Origin: Pseudomonadota bacterium
GTDB taxonomy: Bacteria > Desulfobacterota > Desulfobacteria > Desulfobacterales > RPRI01
Length of the DNA: 64,000 nt
Direction of reading: 5' to 3'
Assembly (NCBI GenBank): GCA_043825875.1
Contig: JBDRRF010000103.1
Span: forward strand, 1-64,000
Part shown: positions 19,974-29,041 of the stretch, in pieces
Layout of the letters: every line of letters starts with the position of its first letter
Position numbering within the stretch: the stretch's first letter is position 1
The notes under the pieces: model-generated
Seen by the model: the letters and a program-made list of their open reading frames with translations, nothing else
What the model was told of the DNA's origin: nothing
The model's database searches: none
Position numbers and translations under genes: made by a program

Positions 19974-20342
19974 TTATACCCTTCCATAATCATCTTCAGT
20001 TCTTTCGATGTCATGCTCGCTAAAGCTTTCTCCGGTTTGTATTTCAATAAACACAAGGTTTTCTTCGCCCTGATTACTTATCCTGTGCCAGTGTTCCACA
20101 GGCAAATCTATAGCCTGACCGGCAGATAACGCATAGCCGATATTGTTTTTAGTAACATCGGCATAACCCTGTATAATATACCAGTGTTCCGAGCGATGAA
20201 AGTGGCGTTGATAGCTTAAACGCTGGCCGGGATAAACTACTATTCGTTTAACCTTGTGATCCGGCATATCAGATAATATTTGATAATAACCCCAAGGTCT
20301 ATGGCTTTTTGGCGTTTTACGCCATGAATCAAGATTAAGCAT
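19974..20342 (-). CDS. Cupin, mannose-6-phosphate isomerase type II C-terminal domain
   Basis: RPWGYY, KVKRIVV.PGQRLSYQRH.HRSEHW, FIEIQTG, DIER.EDDYGR. Confidence 0.9.
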   Translation of the reverse strand: MLNLDSWRKTPKSHRPWGYYQILSDMPDHKVKRIVVYPGQRLSYQRHFHRSEHWYIIQGYADVTKNNIGYALSAGQAIDLPVEHWHRISNQGEENLVFIEIQTGESFSEHDIERTEDDYGRV

Positions 20343-20620
20343 GATATATTCTCTATAGATTTATTTTTTAATTAAACAAACATTATGGACTCGTAAAAAG
20401 CTGCCGTGTTTGATTGTTTATCGCTACATAATTAATAAACAATTGGAAAGGATAAGTCAATAATGATGACCTTGTAAAAAGCCCATCAACAGGCACTTTT
20501 GCTGCATTGGCAATTTCCGGTTAATTGAGCCTCAATAAATTAGGGGTTTAATGATCATTTCGGCAGGGCTCTCAAAAGAATGTGAATATCGATTCTTAAA
20601 AGTCCTTACGGGTCGAAAAT

Positions 20621-22195
20621 TTATTTGTGCTTTTGGGTTATGAAACAATACGGATCGCAATCATTATTGATATCTTTATCTAATCCGTAGCTGACAGCCG
20701 GACATCCCCCGCAGACAGGGCGAATAGAGCAATTGCTGCACGATTTTGATCCGGCCCTATACTTTCGTGCGGAAAGACTGTCGTAAATATCGCTTAACTT
20801 TTCCTTGTAAATGTTGCCGATAAGTGACGGCATTTTCCGACAGGCATGCACCTCGCCATCTGGCAACAAGGCTACAAAGTTAAAAGCGGCGCCACAGCCA
20901 TGGCCTGCACAGCCACCAGCAAGTGGAAGTCCCTGCTGCCAGCGCATAATATTAAACAGATTGTCTTTATATCCCATGCATGGATTTAATTTGGCAGCAT
21001 CCATATACCGGGCAAGAAAATCCTGAAATTTGGATGGGGGTACGGGTGTGAGTTCAGCCCCCCGGCCAACTGTAGCTATCCTGTTGAAGGTAAATAATTC
21101 TGTTAGCCCCTGCAAATGATCAGCTAGCTCAATTACCTGATCCATATTATCATTTGTAAGAGTTAGCATCACCATACGGTAAATATCTTTTTCGCCAAGC
21201 AGCTTCAGAAAATCAAAAGCACGGTCAAAGTGGCCGTACCCCCGGATGTAATCGTTATGATCTTTTAATCCTTCAAGACTAACCTGATAGAATTCCGGTT
21301 TTTGTATCTCAAGCATTTTATCTATATATTTGCCGGGCATGGGATTACCGAGAATTGCAGTCATAAAACCCCGATCAGCAGCTTCACTGTAAAGCCGGTT
21401 AAAGTGCGGGTATAGTAAAGGGTTGCCGCCTGAAAATGATACCTGGCCAAAGACATGATGCTCTTGGCAAAAATCGTAAAGATCGTCAAGCACATAAAGC
21501 CCCTGTTCAAGTGTCATAATTTCACGGTCACTGCGATCATAACAGTGGCGGCAATTCAAGTCACAGGTCTGAGTAATGTGCCACTGCAAAGTAAAGGTTT
21601 TTGATGAGAAATATCCGGAATCTTTTACTTCACCTACCGGAAAATCGTCACTCCTTTTGATATGTGTGGCCGGGGCAATGATCAGGCCGCTTTGCTCTGC
21701 CAAATGAAGAATATTATCGATTGTTCCTACCGTAACATTTCCTTCTGTAGCTGCCTGTCTCGGGTCTATATTTTCGGAAACAATTTTCAGTGCCAACAAA
21801 TCCTTCGCTTTGGCCTTTCGCACTTTTACATTATTAAAGCCGGGTTTTATCAAAACAAGAAGATATTCTTCACCAGGTTCAGGTATAATAGAAGAATCGG
21901 AAAAAAGTTCGGGCAGATTTTTCCATTTTACCTGCAAAAGTTCAAGCGCAGGGTTAACTAAGTGGTCTGTAACATTTTCAGGTAAGGCCCGGGAAGATGT
22001 AAGCAAATGATTCTTTGATTCCTCTATTTTTGCAAGATCCAATAGATAAGGGTATTTATTAAACAATGCCGGGTGTTCTTCCAATACTTCCGACAATACC
22101 GCGTTTTCCTCACATAAGCTTGCAATATCCGGCAGAAGTTTTAGACATACCGGATATCGATTTTGCAGGTCTGTTTTTATGCTGGTTTTAGACAT
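20621..22195 (-). CDS. sbtM: Radical SAM/SPASM peptide maturase, selenobiotic (thio/seleno-oxazole RiPP) family
   Basis: TLQWHITQTCDLNCRHCYD (CxxxCxxC); SPASM cysteines CAGHGCG...C...CSNC....VCGGC...DPYC; ~190-aa N-terminal extension; immediately downstream of a UGA-containing precursor. Confidence 0.85.
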   Translation of the reverse strand: MSKTSIKTDLQNRYPVCLKLLPDIASLCEENAVLSEVLEEHPALFNKYPYLLDLAKIEESKNHLLTSSRALPENVTDHLVNPALELLQVKWKNLPELFSDSSIIPEPGEEYLLVLIKPGFNNVKVRKAKAKDLLALKIVSENIDPRQAATEGNVTVGTIDNILHLAEQSGLIIAPATHIKRSDDFPVGEVKDSGYFSSKTFTLQWHITQTCDLNCRHCYDRSDREIMTLEQGLYVLDDLYDFCQEHHVFGQVSFSGGNPLLYPHFNRLYSEAADRGFMTAILGNPMPGKYIDKMLEIQKPEFYQVSLEGLKDHNDYIRGYGHFDRAFDFLKLLGEKDIYRMVMLTLTNDNMDQVIELADHLQGLTELFTFNRIATVGRGAELTPVPPSKFQDFLARYMDAAKLNPCMGYKDNLFNIMRWQQGLPLAGGCAGHGCGAAFNFVALLPDGEVHACRKMPSLIGNIYKEKLSDIYDSLSARKYRAGSKSCSNCSIRPVCGGCPAVSYGLDKDINNDCDPYCFITQKHK

Positions 22196-22221
22196 ATGAA
22201 CTCATCTGATTTAAAAATACA

Positions 22222-22252
22222 AAGAGCCGGCAGCTTCAAGCCGCTGGCTCTT
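22222..22252 (-). terminator. Strong hairpin (terminator or mRNA stabiliser) between precursor and maturase
   Basis: Minus strand AAGAGCCAGCGGC-TTGAA-GCTGCCGGCTCTT followed by TGTATTTTT. Confidence 0.7.
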
Positions 22253-22279
22253 GATTTGTTTATGTTATCTGAATTTGTT

Positions 22280-22296
22280 TCATGCATCCAGCATGA
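22280..22296 (-). promoter_or_regulatory. SECIS-like hairpin for the third UGA, located in the 3' UTR
   Basis: TCATGC-TGGAT-GCATGA begins 15 nt after the UGA at 22314-22312. Confidence 0.6.
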
Positions 22297-22647
22297 TTAT
22301 TTGCTTCCACCTCACCCACTGCATCCGGATGGTTTTTTAACTTCCTTTACTTCTTTTTCCTTTACATCACTTTTTTGGGATTTAGAAGTATCGCTTTCTT
22401 CCTCCGTTTGCTCTTCTTTCATCTGTTCATCCATTTGCTGTTGATCTTCGGCGCTAACTGCGTCTTTTTTTGAGCCGCCTCAGCCGCTGCATCCTGTTTT
22501 TTTACCATGTTGTTCGGTGCTACCTGCACCAGGATCAGCACCTCACCCACTGCTTGCATGGGCTCCCGGAAGCGAAATTCCGCCCATGCCGATCAAGCTG
22601 GCAATACCTAAACTTGCAAGTAATTTTTTCAGTTCTTTTTTTTCCAT
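22297..22647 (-). CDS. sbtA: Selenocysteine-containing RiPP precursor (SbtA-like), 116 aa, three in-frame UGA
   Basis: AAGGAGG RBS; hand translation MEKKELKKLLASLGIASLIGMGGISLPGAHASSG-U-GADPGAGSTEQHGKKTGCSG-U-GGSKKDAVSAEDQQQMDEQMKEEQTEEESDTSKSQKSDVKEKEVKEVKKPSGCSG-U-GGSK then TAA; absent from the ORF track. Confidence 0.88.
22450..22464 (-). promoter_or_regulatory. SECIS-like hairpin for the second UGA
   Basis: GACGC-AGTTA-GCGCC (one mismatch) begins 15 nt after the UGA at 22482-22480. Confidence 0.45.
22516..22530 (-). promoter_or_regulatory. SECIS-like hairpin for the first UGA
   Basis: GGTGC-AGGTA-GCACC begins 12 nt after the UGA at 22545-22543; resembles the apical stem of the E. coli fdhF SECIS. 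Confidence 0.65.
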
Positions 22648-22730
22648 TACTGCCTCCTTTTTAATTAAAGGAAAACAAAACCTAAACCATTATTGAAGTT
22701 ATCAATCCATATGGATTTTGCTATAGAAAT

Positions 22731-22758
22731 ATTCTATTTTATATTTTTTGTTTGTCAA
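22731..22758 (-). promoter_or_regulatory. Candidate sigma70 promoter for the precursor/maturase operon
   Basis: TTGACA-N16-TAGAAT on the minus strand. Confidence 0.5.
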
Positions 22759-22896
22759 CACAATAATAATATATACTGTATTTACATATAGTTATAGCTT
22801 TATGGATTACAGCGAGAACGAGCATAAAAAATATAAAGTACTCGATTTATGCAATTGAAATAATTTAATAGCGAATATTGTATATTAGGTATATGG

Positions 22897-22925
22897 TTGA
22901 CAGAAAGAATCGGCTTTTCTATTAT
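22897..22925 (+). promoter_or_regulatory. Candidate sigma70 promoter for the M48 peptidase (and glnE)
   Basis: TTGACA-N17-TATTAT. Confidence 0.55.
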
Positions 22926-23034
22926 TATCCATAATAAAAATGAGACATGATATAACCTCTGGCGCTGAAATCATTTGAAGGGTGTTATGCTATGCTATGA
23001 TATCAAATTCTATCCTGAACATTAAGGAGGAATC

Positions 23035-24384
23035 ATGAAAACAAATAATTTGAATACTGCCGATAAGTCGCGGGGATTAACCCGTCGAAAATTTATATGG
23101 ATGTCTTCTCTGACATTAGCCGGAATAGTAACGGGATGTGCGATAAACCCTGTTACGGGACAAAATCAGTTTATGCTTGTTTCCGAAGATTCTGAAATTC
23201 AAATAGACCAGAAAAATTCTCCCCAGCAGTTTTCCACAGACTACGGAACAATTCAGGACAATGCTTTAAATAACTATATAAACCAAACAGGCAAAAAAAT
23301 TGCTACCGTAACTCACAGACCCAATATGCCATATAATTTTCGCTGCGTTAATGCTTCATATGTTAATGCCTATGCTTTTCCAGGTGGAAGTATTGCCGTA
23401 ACAAGAGGAATTCTTGTAAATCTTGATAACGAAGCTCAGCTTGCTGCTTTGCTCGGACACGAACTTGGTCATGTAAATGCACGACATACCGCAGAGCAGA
23501 TGTCAAAAGGTATGCTGACTTCTGTAGTTGCCGGAGGTATTGCGGCATACGCCGGATCGAAAAGCGAATCATATGGCAAGATTGCACAAAGTCTTGGGAT
23601 GTTAGGATCGGGGATGCTTCTTGCTTCTTACAGCAGAGATAATGAGCGTGAAGCTGATGCGCTTGGAATGGAGTATATGGTTAAGGCCGGTTACAGTCCG
23701 GATGGCTTTATCGGTCTCATGGATATGCTGAAAAGCACGTCCAAACATACTCCCGATGCAACAGAACTGATGTTTTCTACTCATCCTATGAGTGAGGAAA
23801 GATATGATACAGCGCTTCAAAAAGTTAACACCACTTACAAAGATTACCGGAATCAGCCGTTTTATAGAGAACGTTACATGGATAATACTGCTAAGCTCAG
23901 AGCTATTAAACCTGCGATAGAAGAGATGCAACAAGGCGATTTGGAAATGGGGAAACAAAATTATCAGACAGCAGAAAATCATTTTAAAAAAGCACTATCG
24001 CTTGCTCCCGGTGATTATACCGCTCTGGTTATGATATCAAAATGCCTTTTGGTGCAGGATAAGTTTAACGAAGCATCAAAATATTCGGAAACTGCTAAAA
24101 ACGTATACCCTCAGGAAGCCCAGGCTGTTTATATCTCCGGATTTGCAAAGATGAAGAAAAAAGACTTTGAATCTGCTTATCAGGAATTCAGTAATTATGA
24201 AAATACTCTATCGGGAAATCCCAATACAATATTTTACAAAGGTTTTTGTTTAGAGAGTATGAATAAGCAAAAAGAATCGGCATCCGAATATAACAGATAT
24301 CTTCAGATGGAAAAAAGCGGCGACAACGCTACTTATGCTTACAAGCGACTTGTTGAATGGAAATATATAAAACCATCCAACTGA
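23035..24384 (+). CDS. M48-family zinc metallopeptidase with Tat/lipoprotein signal and TPR-like C-terminus (BepA/YfgC-like)
   Basis: TRRKF twin-arginine plus VTGC lipobox; NAYAFPGG, HELGH, YSRDNEREAD, STHP. Confidence 0.9.
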   Translation: MKTNNLNTADKSRGLTRRKFIWMSSLTLAGIVTGCAINPVTGQNQFMLVSEDSEIQIDQKNSPQQFSTDYGTIQDNALNNYINQTGKKIATVTHRPNMPYNFRCVNASYVNAYAFPGGSIAVTRGILVNLDNEAQLAALLGHELGHVNARHTAEQMSKGMLTSVVAGGIAAYAGSKSESYGKIAQSLGMLGSGMLLASYSRDNEREADALGMEYMVKAGYSPDGFIGLMDMLKSTSKHTPDATELMFSTHPMSEERYDTALQKVNTTYKDYRNQPFYRERYMDNTAKLRAIKPAIEEMQQGDLEMGKQNYQTAENHFKKALSLAPGDYTALVMISKCLLVQDKFNEASKYSETAKNVYPQEAQAVYISGFAKMKKKDFESAYQEFSNYENTLSGNPNTIFYKGFCLESMNKQKESASEYNRYLQMEKSGDNATYAYKRLVEWKYIKPSN

Positions 24385-24436
24385 TATCTTGCCGCTTACT
24401 AATATAATCAGTTAATCAAACTAAAGACATTTGCTT

Positions 24437-27331
24437 ATGCACCCAATCGATATACCGGAAGAACTACTGCCAGATTTAAACAGCAGACTGGATTCCTTTC
24501 AAAATATATTTCATCAAACAGGGATTGATATCAAGAAAGATCCGGAAACATATTTTGAGCTTAAGCTGATTTTTGCTTTAAGTGATTTTGTAGCAAAAGC
24601 CTGTACAAGAACCCCAGATATACTAGTGGACCTTTTGGGTACCGGGGATCTTAATAGATCCTATAATGGGGAAGAATATGCAAAAAAATTACTCAACCTT
24701 TTATCGGATACAAAAAGTGACCCCGATATAGGAAGTATTTTAAATAAATATCGTTGTCGTGAAATGGTGCGGATTGCCTGGCGTGATCTATCGGGGGCAG
24801 CCGGCTTTTCTGAAACAGTTAAGGATCTATCTAACTTTGCAGATTCATGTATTGATGCCGCACTATCTCGTCTTTATGAAAATATGAAGTCAGAATTCGG
24901 AACACCCTTAAATTTGAAAGGCCAGCCACAAAGACTTGTTGTTATCGCCATGGGCAAACTCGGAGGCTATGAACTTAATTTTTCATCAGATGTCGACCTT
25001 GTATTTGCTTATCCGGAAAGAGGAGAAACAAAAGGCGGGGAAAAAACAATAAGCAATGAAGAATTCTTTGTCCGGCTTTGTCGCCGTCTTATAACTATTA
25101 TAGGAGCAACTGGCTCTGAAGGTATGGTTTTCCGGGTAGATTTACGTCTTCGCCCTTATGGAGAAAATGGGCCGATTGTAATGGATTTTGACAGCATGGA
25201 AGATTATTACCAGGAACAGGGCCGAGACTGGGAGCGATATGCGCTGATAAAAGCAAGGATAGTTGCAGGCAACAAAGCTGCCGGAGAAAAACTTTTAGAA
25301 ATGCTCAAACCCTTTGTTTACCGTAGGTATCTTGATTTTGGAGCTATTGATTCTTTAAGAGATATGAAGAAAAAAATAGATCTTCAGGTCAAGCAAAAAG
25401 AAATGAAAGATAATATCAAGCTGGGACCGGGGGGGATAAGAGAGATAGAATTTTTTGCCCAGATCTTTCAGCTTATACGCGGAGGGGTAATTCCTGTTCT
25501 TCAGGAACGGAAAGTAATAAAAGTATTAAAAATCCTTTCCGAAAAAAATTATATTCCGGAAGATACCCGTATTGAACTTGAACATGCCTATTTTTTTCTG
25601 CGAATGGTAGAAAATCATTTGCAGGAATTTACCGATAATCAGACACACAATTTACCGGCAGATCCGGTATCTAAAATTCGTATGGCCGCTTCCATGGGCT
25701 TTCCGGACCGGAAGGCCTTTCATACAGAGCTCGACCGGCACAGAAAAAATGTACAACACCATTTCAGCAGTCTTCTTGATACCGGAGAAAGTGATGCTGT
25801 TAATGATGAAGATAATATCGAAAAGAAATTATTTGATGTCTGGCAATTTCCGGACAGAAAAGAACATAATATCAATATTCTCACATCAGCCGGTTACAAA
25901 AGACCTGAGGAAGTAATTAATCTGCTTGTTCATTTTCAAAACGATAAATCCACTCGGACTCTTAGCGGCACCGGGAGGCAAAAGCTTGACAAATTACTGC
26001 CTTTAATCCTTAAAGAAACAGGCATGTCCGATGAACCCTTTGTTGCGTTAAACCGTATTGTAGATCTTCTTAAAGCAATTGAAAAACGCACATGCTATTT
26101 GTCTCTTTTATTAGAAAGCCAGATTGCAATGAAACATCTTGTAAAACTGGCTAAATCAAGCTCGTGGATTGTCTCATTTCTGGCCCAGCATCCGGTACTT
26201 TTAGATGAACTTCTTGATCCAAGAACTCTTTATGTGCTTCCTCAAAAAGAAGAGCTCAAATTAGAAATCAAAAAACGGCTCGAAATGATTTCTTCTGAGG
26301 ATCTTGAGTATCAAATTGAACAGCTTTGTATATTTAAACAGGTAAATACTCTTCGTGTTGCTGCTGCAGATGTAACCGCCGGTCTTCCTCTCATGAAGGT
26401 TAGCGATCATCTTTCATATATTGCGGAAGTAATAATAGATAGGGTGCTTAAACTTTCATGGAACCATCTTGCTCAAAAACATGGAGAACCGGATTGTTTC
26501 CTAAACCGGAATAAACCTGAAAAAGGTTTTACGGTTATAGCATACGGAAAGCTTGGCGGTCTTGAACTGGCTTACAGTTCCGACCTTGATCTTGTTTTTC
26601 TTCATTCAGGTATTGATGGCCGGACATCAGGCGGCCCAAAGCCCATTGAAAATTCGCAGTTCTTTGCAAGGCTCGGGCAAAGAATAGTACACATACTGAC
26701 TTCCTATACACGCGCAGGTATGCTTTATGAAGCCGACATGAGACTTAGGCCAAGCGGAGGGGCAGGACTTCTTGTAAGCAATATTGAAGGGTTCAGAGAA
26801 TATATGCTTAACGAGGCCTGGACATGGGAGCATCAGGCAATTGTGAGAGCCAGGCCTGTAGGTGGAGATAACAGCCTTGCAGCAAGATTTCAGCAAATCC
26901 GTCAGGAAGTACTATCACGCCCAAGAGATAAAGAAAAGCTCATGAAAGAAGTAATTGAAATGCGTGAGCGAATGAGAAAGGAACATTTAAAAGTTGAAGA
27001 GGGTATGTTTGATTTGAAGCAGGATACGGGAGGTATTGTAGATATTGAGTTTCTGGTTCAATATCTGGTTTTATTAAAATCGAGTGAATTTATCGAGCTT
27101 ACAAAATGGACCGACAATGTGAGAATTCTTCAAACGCTATCAGAGGCGAAAATAATCGATGAGAACACTGCTCACTTTTTAAAAGAAGCCTATCTTACAT
27201 ACAGATTGACATCTCACAGGCTTGGCCTCCAGGAAAAGGCTGCAAAAGTAAAAGAAAGCCATTTTAGTGATATAAGGGAGCAAGTAAAAAAAATCTGGGA
27301 CTCTTTAATAGAGTTCGGAGATCAGTGCTGA
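24437..27331 (+). CDS. glnE: Glutamine synthetase adenylyltransferase/deadenylylase
   Basis: Two nucleotidyltransferase halves: MGKLGGYELNFSSDVDL and YGKLGGLELAYSSDLDL; KLGPGGIREIEF; AWTWEHQA; ATG start chosen over the TTG at 24431. Confidence 0.96.
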   Translation: MHPIDIPEELLPDLNSRLDSFQNIFHQTGIDIKKDPETYFELKLIFALSDFVAKACTRTPDILVDLLGTGDLNRSYNGEEYAKKLLNLLSDTKSDPDIGSILNKYRCREMVRIAWRDLSGAAGFSETVKDLSNFADSCIDAALSRLYENMKSEFGTPLNLKGQPQRLVVIAMGKLGGYELNFSSDVDLVFAYPERGETKGGEKTISNEEFFVRLCRRLITIIGATGSEGMVFRVDLRLRPYGENGPIVMDFDSMEDYYQEQGRDWERYALIKARIVAGNKAAGEKLLEMLKPFVYRRYLDFGAIDSLRDMKKKIDLQVKQKEMKDNIKLGPGGIREIEFFAQIFQLIRGGVIPVLQERKVIKVLKILSEKNYIPEDTRIELEHAYFFLRMVENHLQEFTDNQTHNLPADPVSKIRMAASMGFPDRKAFHTELDRHRKNVQHHFSSLLDTGESDAVNDEDNIEKKLFDVWQFPDRKEHNINILTSAGYKRPEEVINLLVHFQNDKSTRTLSGTGRQKLDKLLPLILKETGMSDEPFVALNRIVDLLKAIEKRTCYLSLLLESQIAMKHLVKLAKSSSWIVSFLAQHPVLLDELLDPRTLYVLPQKEELKLEIKKRLEMISSEDLEYQIEQLCIFKQVNTLRVAAADVTAGLPLMKVSDHLSYIAEVIIDRVLKLSWNHLAQKHGEPDCFLNRNKPEKGFTVIAYGKLGGLELAYSSDLDLVFLHSGIDGRTSGGPKPIENSQFFARLGQRIVHILTSYTRAGMLYEADMRLRPSGGAGLLVSNIEGFREYMLNEAWTWEHQAIVRARPVGGDNSLAARFQQIRQEVLSRPRDKEKLMKEVIEMRERMRKEHLKVEEGMFDLKQDTGGIVDIEFLVQYLVLLKSSEFIELTKWTDNVRILQTLSEAKIIDENTAHFLKEAYLTYRLTSHRLGLQEKAAKVKESHFSDIREQVKKIWDSLIEFGDQC

Positions 27332-27882
27332 ACTCCTTTGCCGAATAAAACATTTATTACGGTTTTTGCTAATATCTTAAAATCAAACATAAAAGATCGG
27401 TTTTGCAGGTAGTAATAATCAAAGTCCACTTTTACAGGAATCGGAAGATCGTCCCTGCCGTTTATCTGCGCCCAACCCGTAATGCCGGGTATAAGCGTAT
27501 GAATACCTTTTGATGTTCTAAGCTCAACCAGATCATCCTGGTTAAACAAAGCAGGTCTTGGCCCTACAAAACTCATATCCCCTTTAAGCACACTAAATAT
27601 CTGAGGGAGTTCATCCAGACTCGTTCTTCTTAGCCATCTGCCCGTTGATGTTACATATTTCTCAGGATTTGATAGAAGATGAGTTGCAACAGCAGGAGTA
27701 TTTACTTCCATAGTGCGAAACTTTGGCATTTTAAATATAGTATTGTTAATGCCTACTCTGTCGGACCAATAAAGTGCGGGTCCCCTCGAGCTTTTTTTAA
27801 TGAATAAAGCTATTGTCAACATAGGCAAAAAGAAAACAAATACTAGTAATAAAGAAATTATCAAATCAAATATTCGCTTCAT
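27322..27882 (-). CDS. Small monotopic phosphoglycosyl transferase (initiating sugar transferase)
   Basis: MKRIFD, KFRTM, SLDELPQ, GDMSFVGPRP, PGITGWAQING. Confidence 0.93.
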   Translation of the reverse strand: MKRIFDLIISLLLVFVFFLPMLTIALFIKKSSRGPALYWSDRVGINNTIFKMPKFRTMEVNTPAVATHLLSNPEKYVTSTGRWLRRTSLDELPQIFSVLKGDMSFVGPRPALFNQDDLVELRTSKGIHTLIPGITGWAQINGRDDLPIPVKVDFDYYYLQNRSFMFDFKILAKTVINVLFGKGVQH

Positions 27883-27936
27883 AATAAAGGAGCAAGATTT
27901 AAGGTGTGAGGAAAAGATAGTTCATGAGTTGGTAAG

Positions 27937-28890
27937 CTATCTTGTTTTATACCATTCTGCTGTTTCTTTAAGCCCTTGTTCTAAGGTAAATGGGGGCTTC
28001 CAATTTAATTCTTTTCTGATTTTTGATGAATCAACGTAAAGAGAACCCACCAGTCTTTCTATAGCAGAAGCTTTTCCGGTTAACAAGCCCCCAATCCGCA
28101 ACATCAATAAAGGCATCCAAAACAATCTTGCAGGCTTATCAAGTGATTTCGCAATTTGCCTGATAAGCTCGGGGGTAGATATATCTTCTCCATCGCTTAC
28201 AAGATATGTCTTTTGCCCTGCTTCGTTATCTGTCATACATTTTATCATAATATCAATAAGATTGCTTATAAATATCATACTGCGTCTGTTTTTTATACCG
28301 GCAAACGGAAGCGGAATCCCCATATCAGTTGTTTTTATTAATCTTAAAAAATTTGCCCCCACCTCCGGGCCATAAATCAATGGTGCTCTGATGATTACTA
28401 CTTTCATACCGGTTTCATCAGCAATTAATTTTAATTTTTCTTCCGCTTCCCACTTACTTAGACCATATGGATCTTGGGGCTCAGGAATATCCTCTTCGTT
28501 ATAAGGAGTTAATTTCCCTTCTCCATTTACCTTTATTGTACTTATAAAAATAAAAAGCCGGGCACCAGATAAAGCTGCACAGCGTGCAAGCCTCTCAGTT
28601 CCGGCTGTATTTACAATACGATATTCAGAAAGAGGATCGGACGACAAATCCTCCATTACATGGACACGGCCAGCAAGATGTATTACTGTTTCAACATTTG
28701 CTAAGGCTTTTACCCAGTCTGTCTCAGGCCCTATTGAACCTGTTTCTATTATCTCAACTTCTCTGGAAAGGCTTTGGATATTGTTTCGTAACCGGACGGA
28801 TGCACGAACATCCCATCCTTTAATAAGCATCTGAGCACAAAGCGCTCTTCCGACAAAACCGTTTGCTCCGGTAACAAGTACAAGTGGCAA
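27937..28890 (-). CDS. NAD-dependent epimerase/4-reductase (WbpV-like)
   Basis: VTGANGFVG, HLAGRVHVM, YGLSK, N.RSM; GGAGG RBS with TTG start. Confidence 0.85.
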   Translation of the reverse strand: MPLVLVTGANGFVGRALCAQMLIKGWDVRASVRLRNNIQSLSREVEIIETGSIGPETDWVKALANVETVIHLAGRVHVMEDLSSDPLSEYRIVNTAGTERLARCAALSGARLFIFISTIKVNGEGKLTPYNEEDIPEPQDPYGLSKWEAEEKLKLIADETGMKVVIIRAPLIYGPEVGANFLRLIKTTDMGIPLPFAGIKNRRSMIFISNLIDIMIKCMTDNEAGQKTYLVSDGEDISTPELIRQIAKSLDKPARLFWMPLLMLRIGGLLTGKASAIERLVGSLYVDSSKIRKELNWKPPFTLEQGLKETAEWYKTR

Positions 28891-29041
28891 TATATATAAC
28901 CTCCGGCATCAACTCAGGGCTTATTCCAAATAACGTAATTTTAGAAAATTTACTTTTTCAAATTCGTATCGTTATAGCGGCTGTTAAAATTTGAGCTACT
29001 GATACGTTAAACAATAAAAGCTAAAATAATTAAATGCTAAT

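Noticed and set aside
22297..22647. UGA read as Trp/Gly (alternative genetic code) or as pseudogene stops
   Set aside because: Other genes here (diguanylate cyclase, M48 peptidase, glnE) end in TGA and use TGG for Trp; the identical S-G-UGA-G context and downstream hairpins argue against random nonsense mutations.
22163..22664. Plus-strand ORFs 22163-22444 and 22470-22664
   Set aside because: Antisense shadows of the Sec precursor; no RBS or recognisable motifs.
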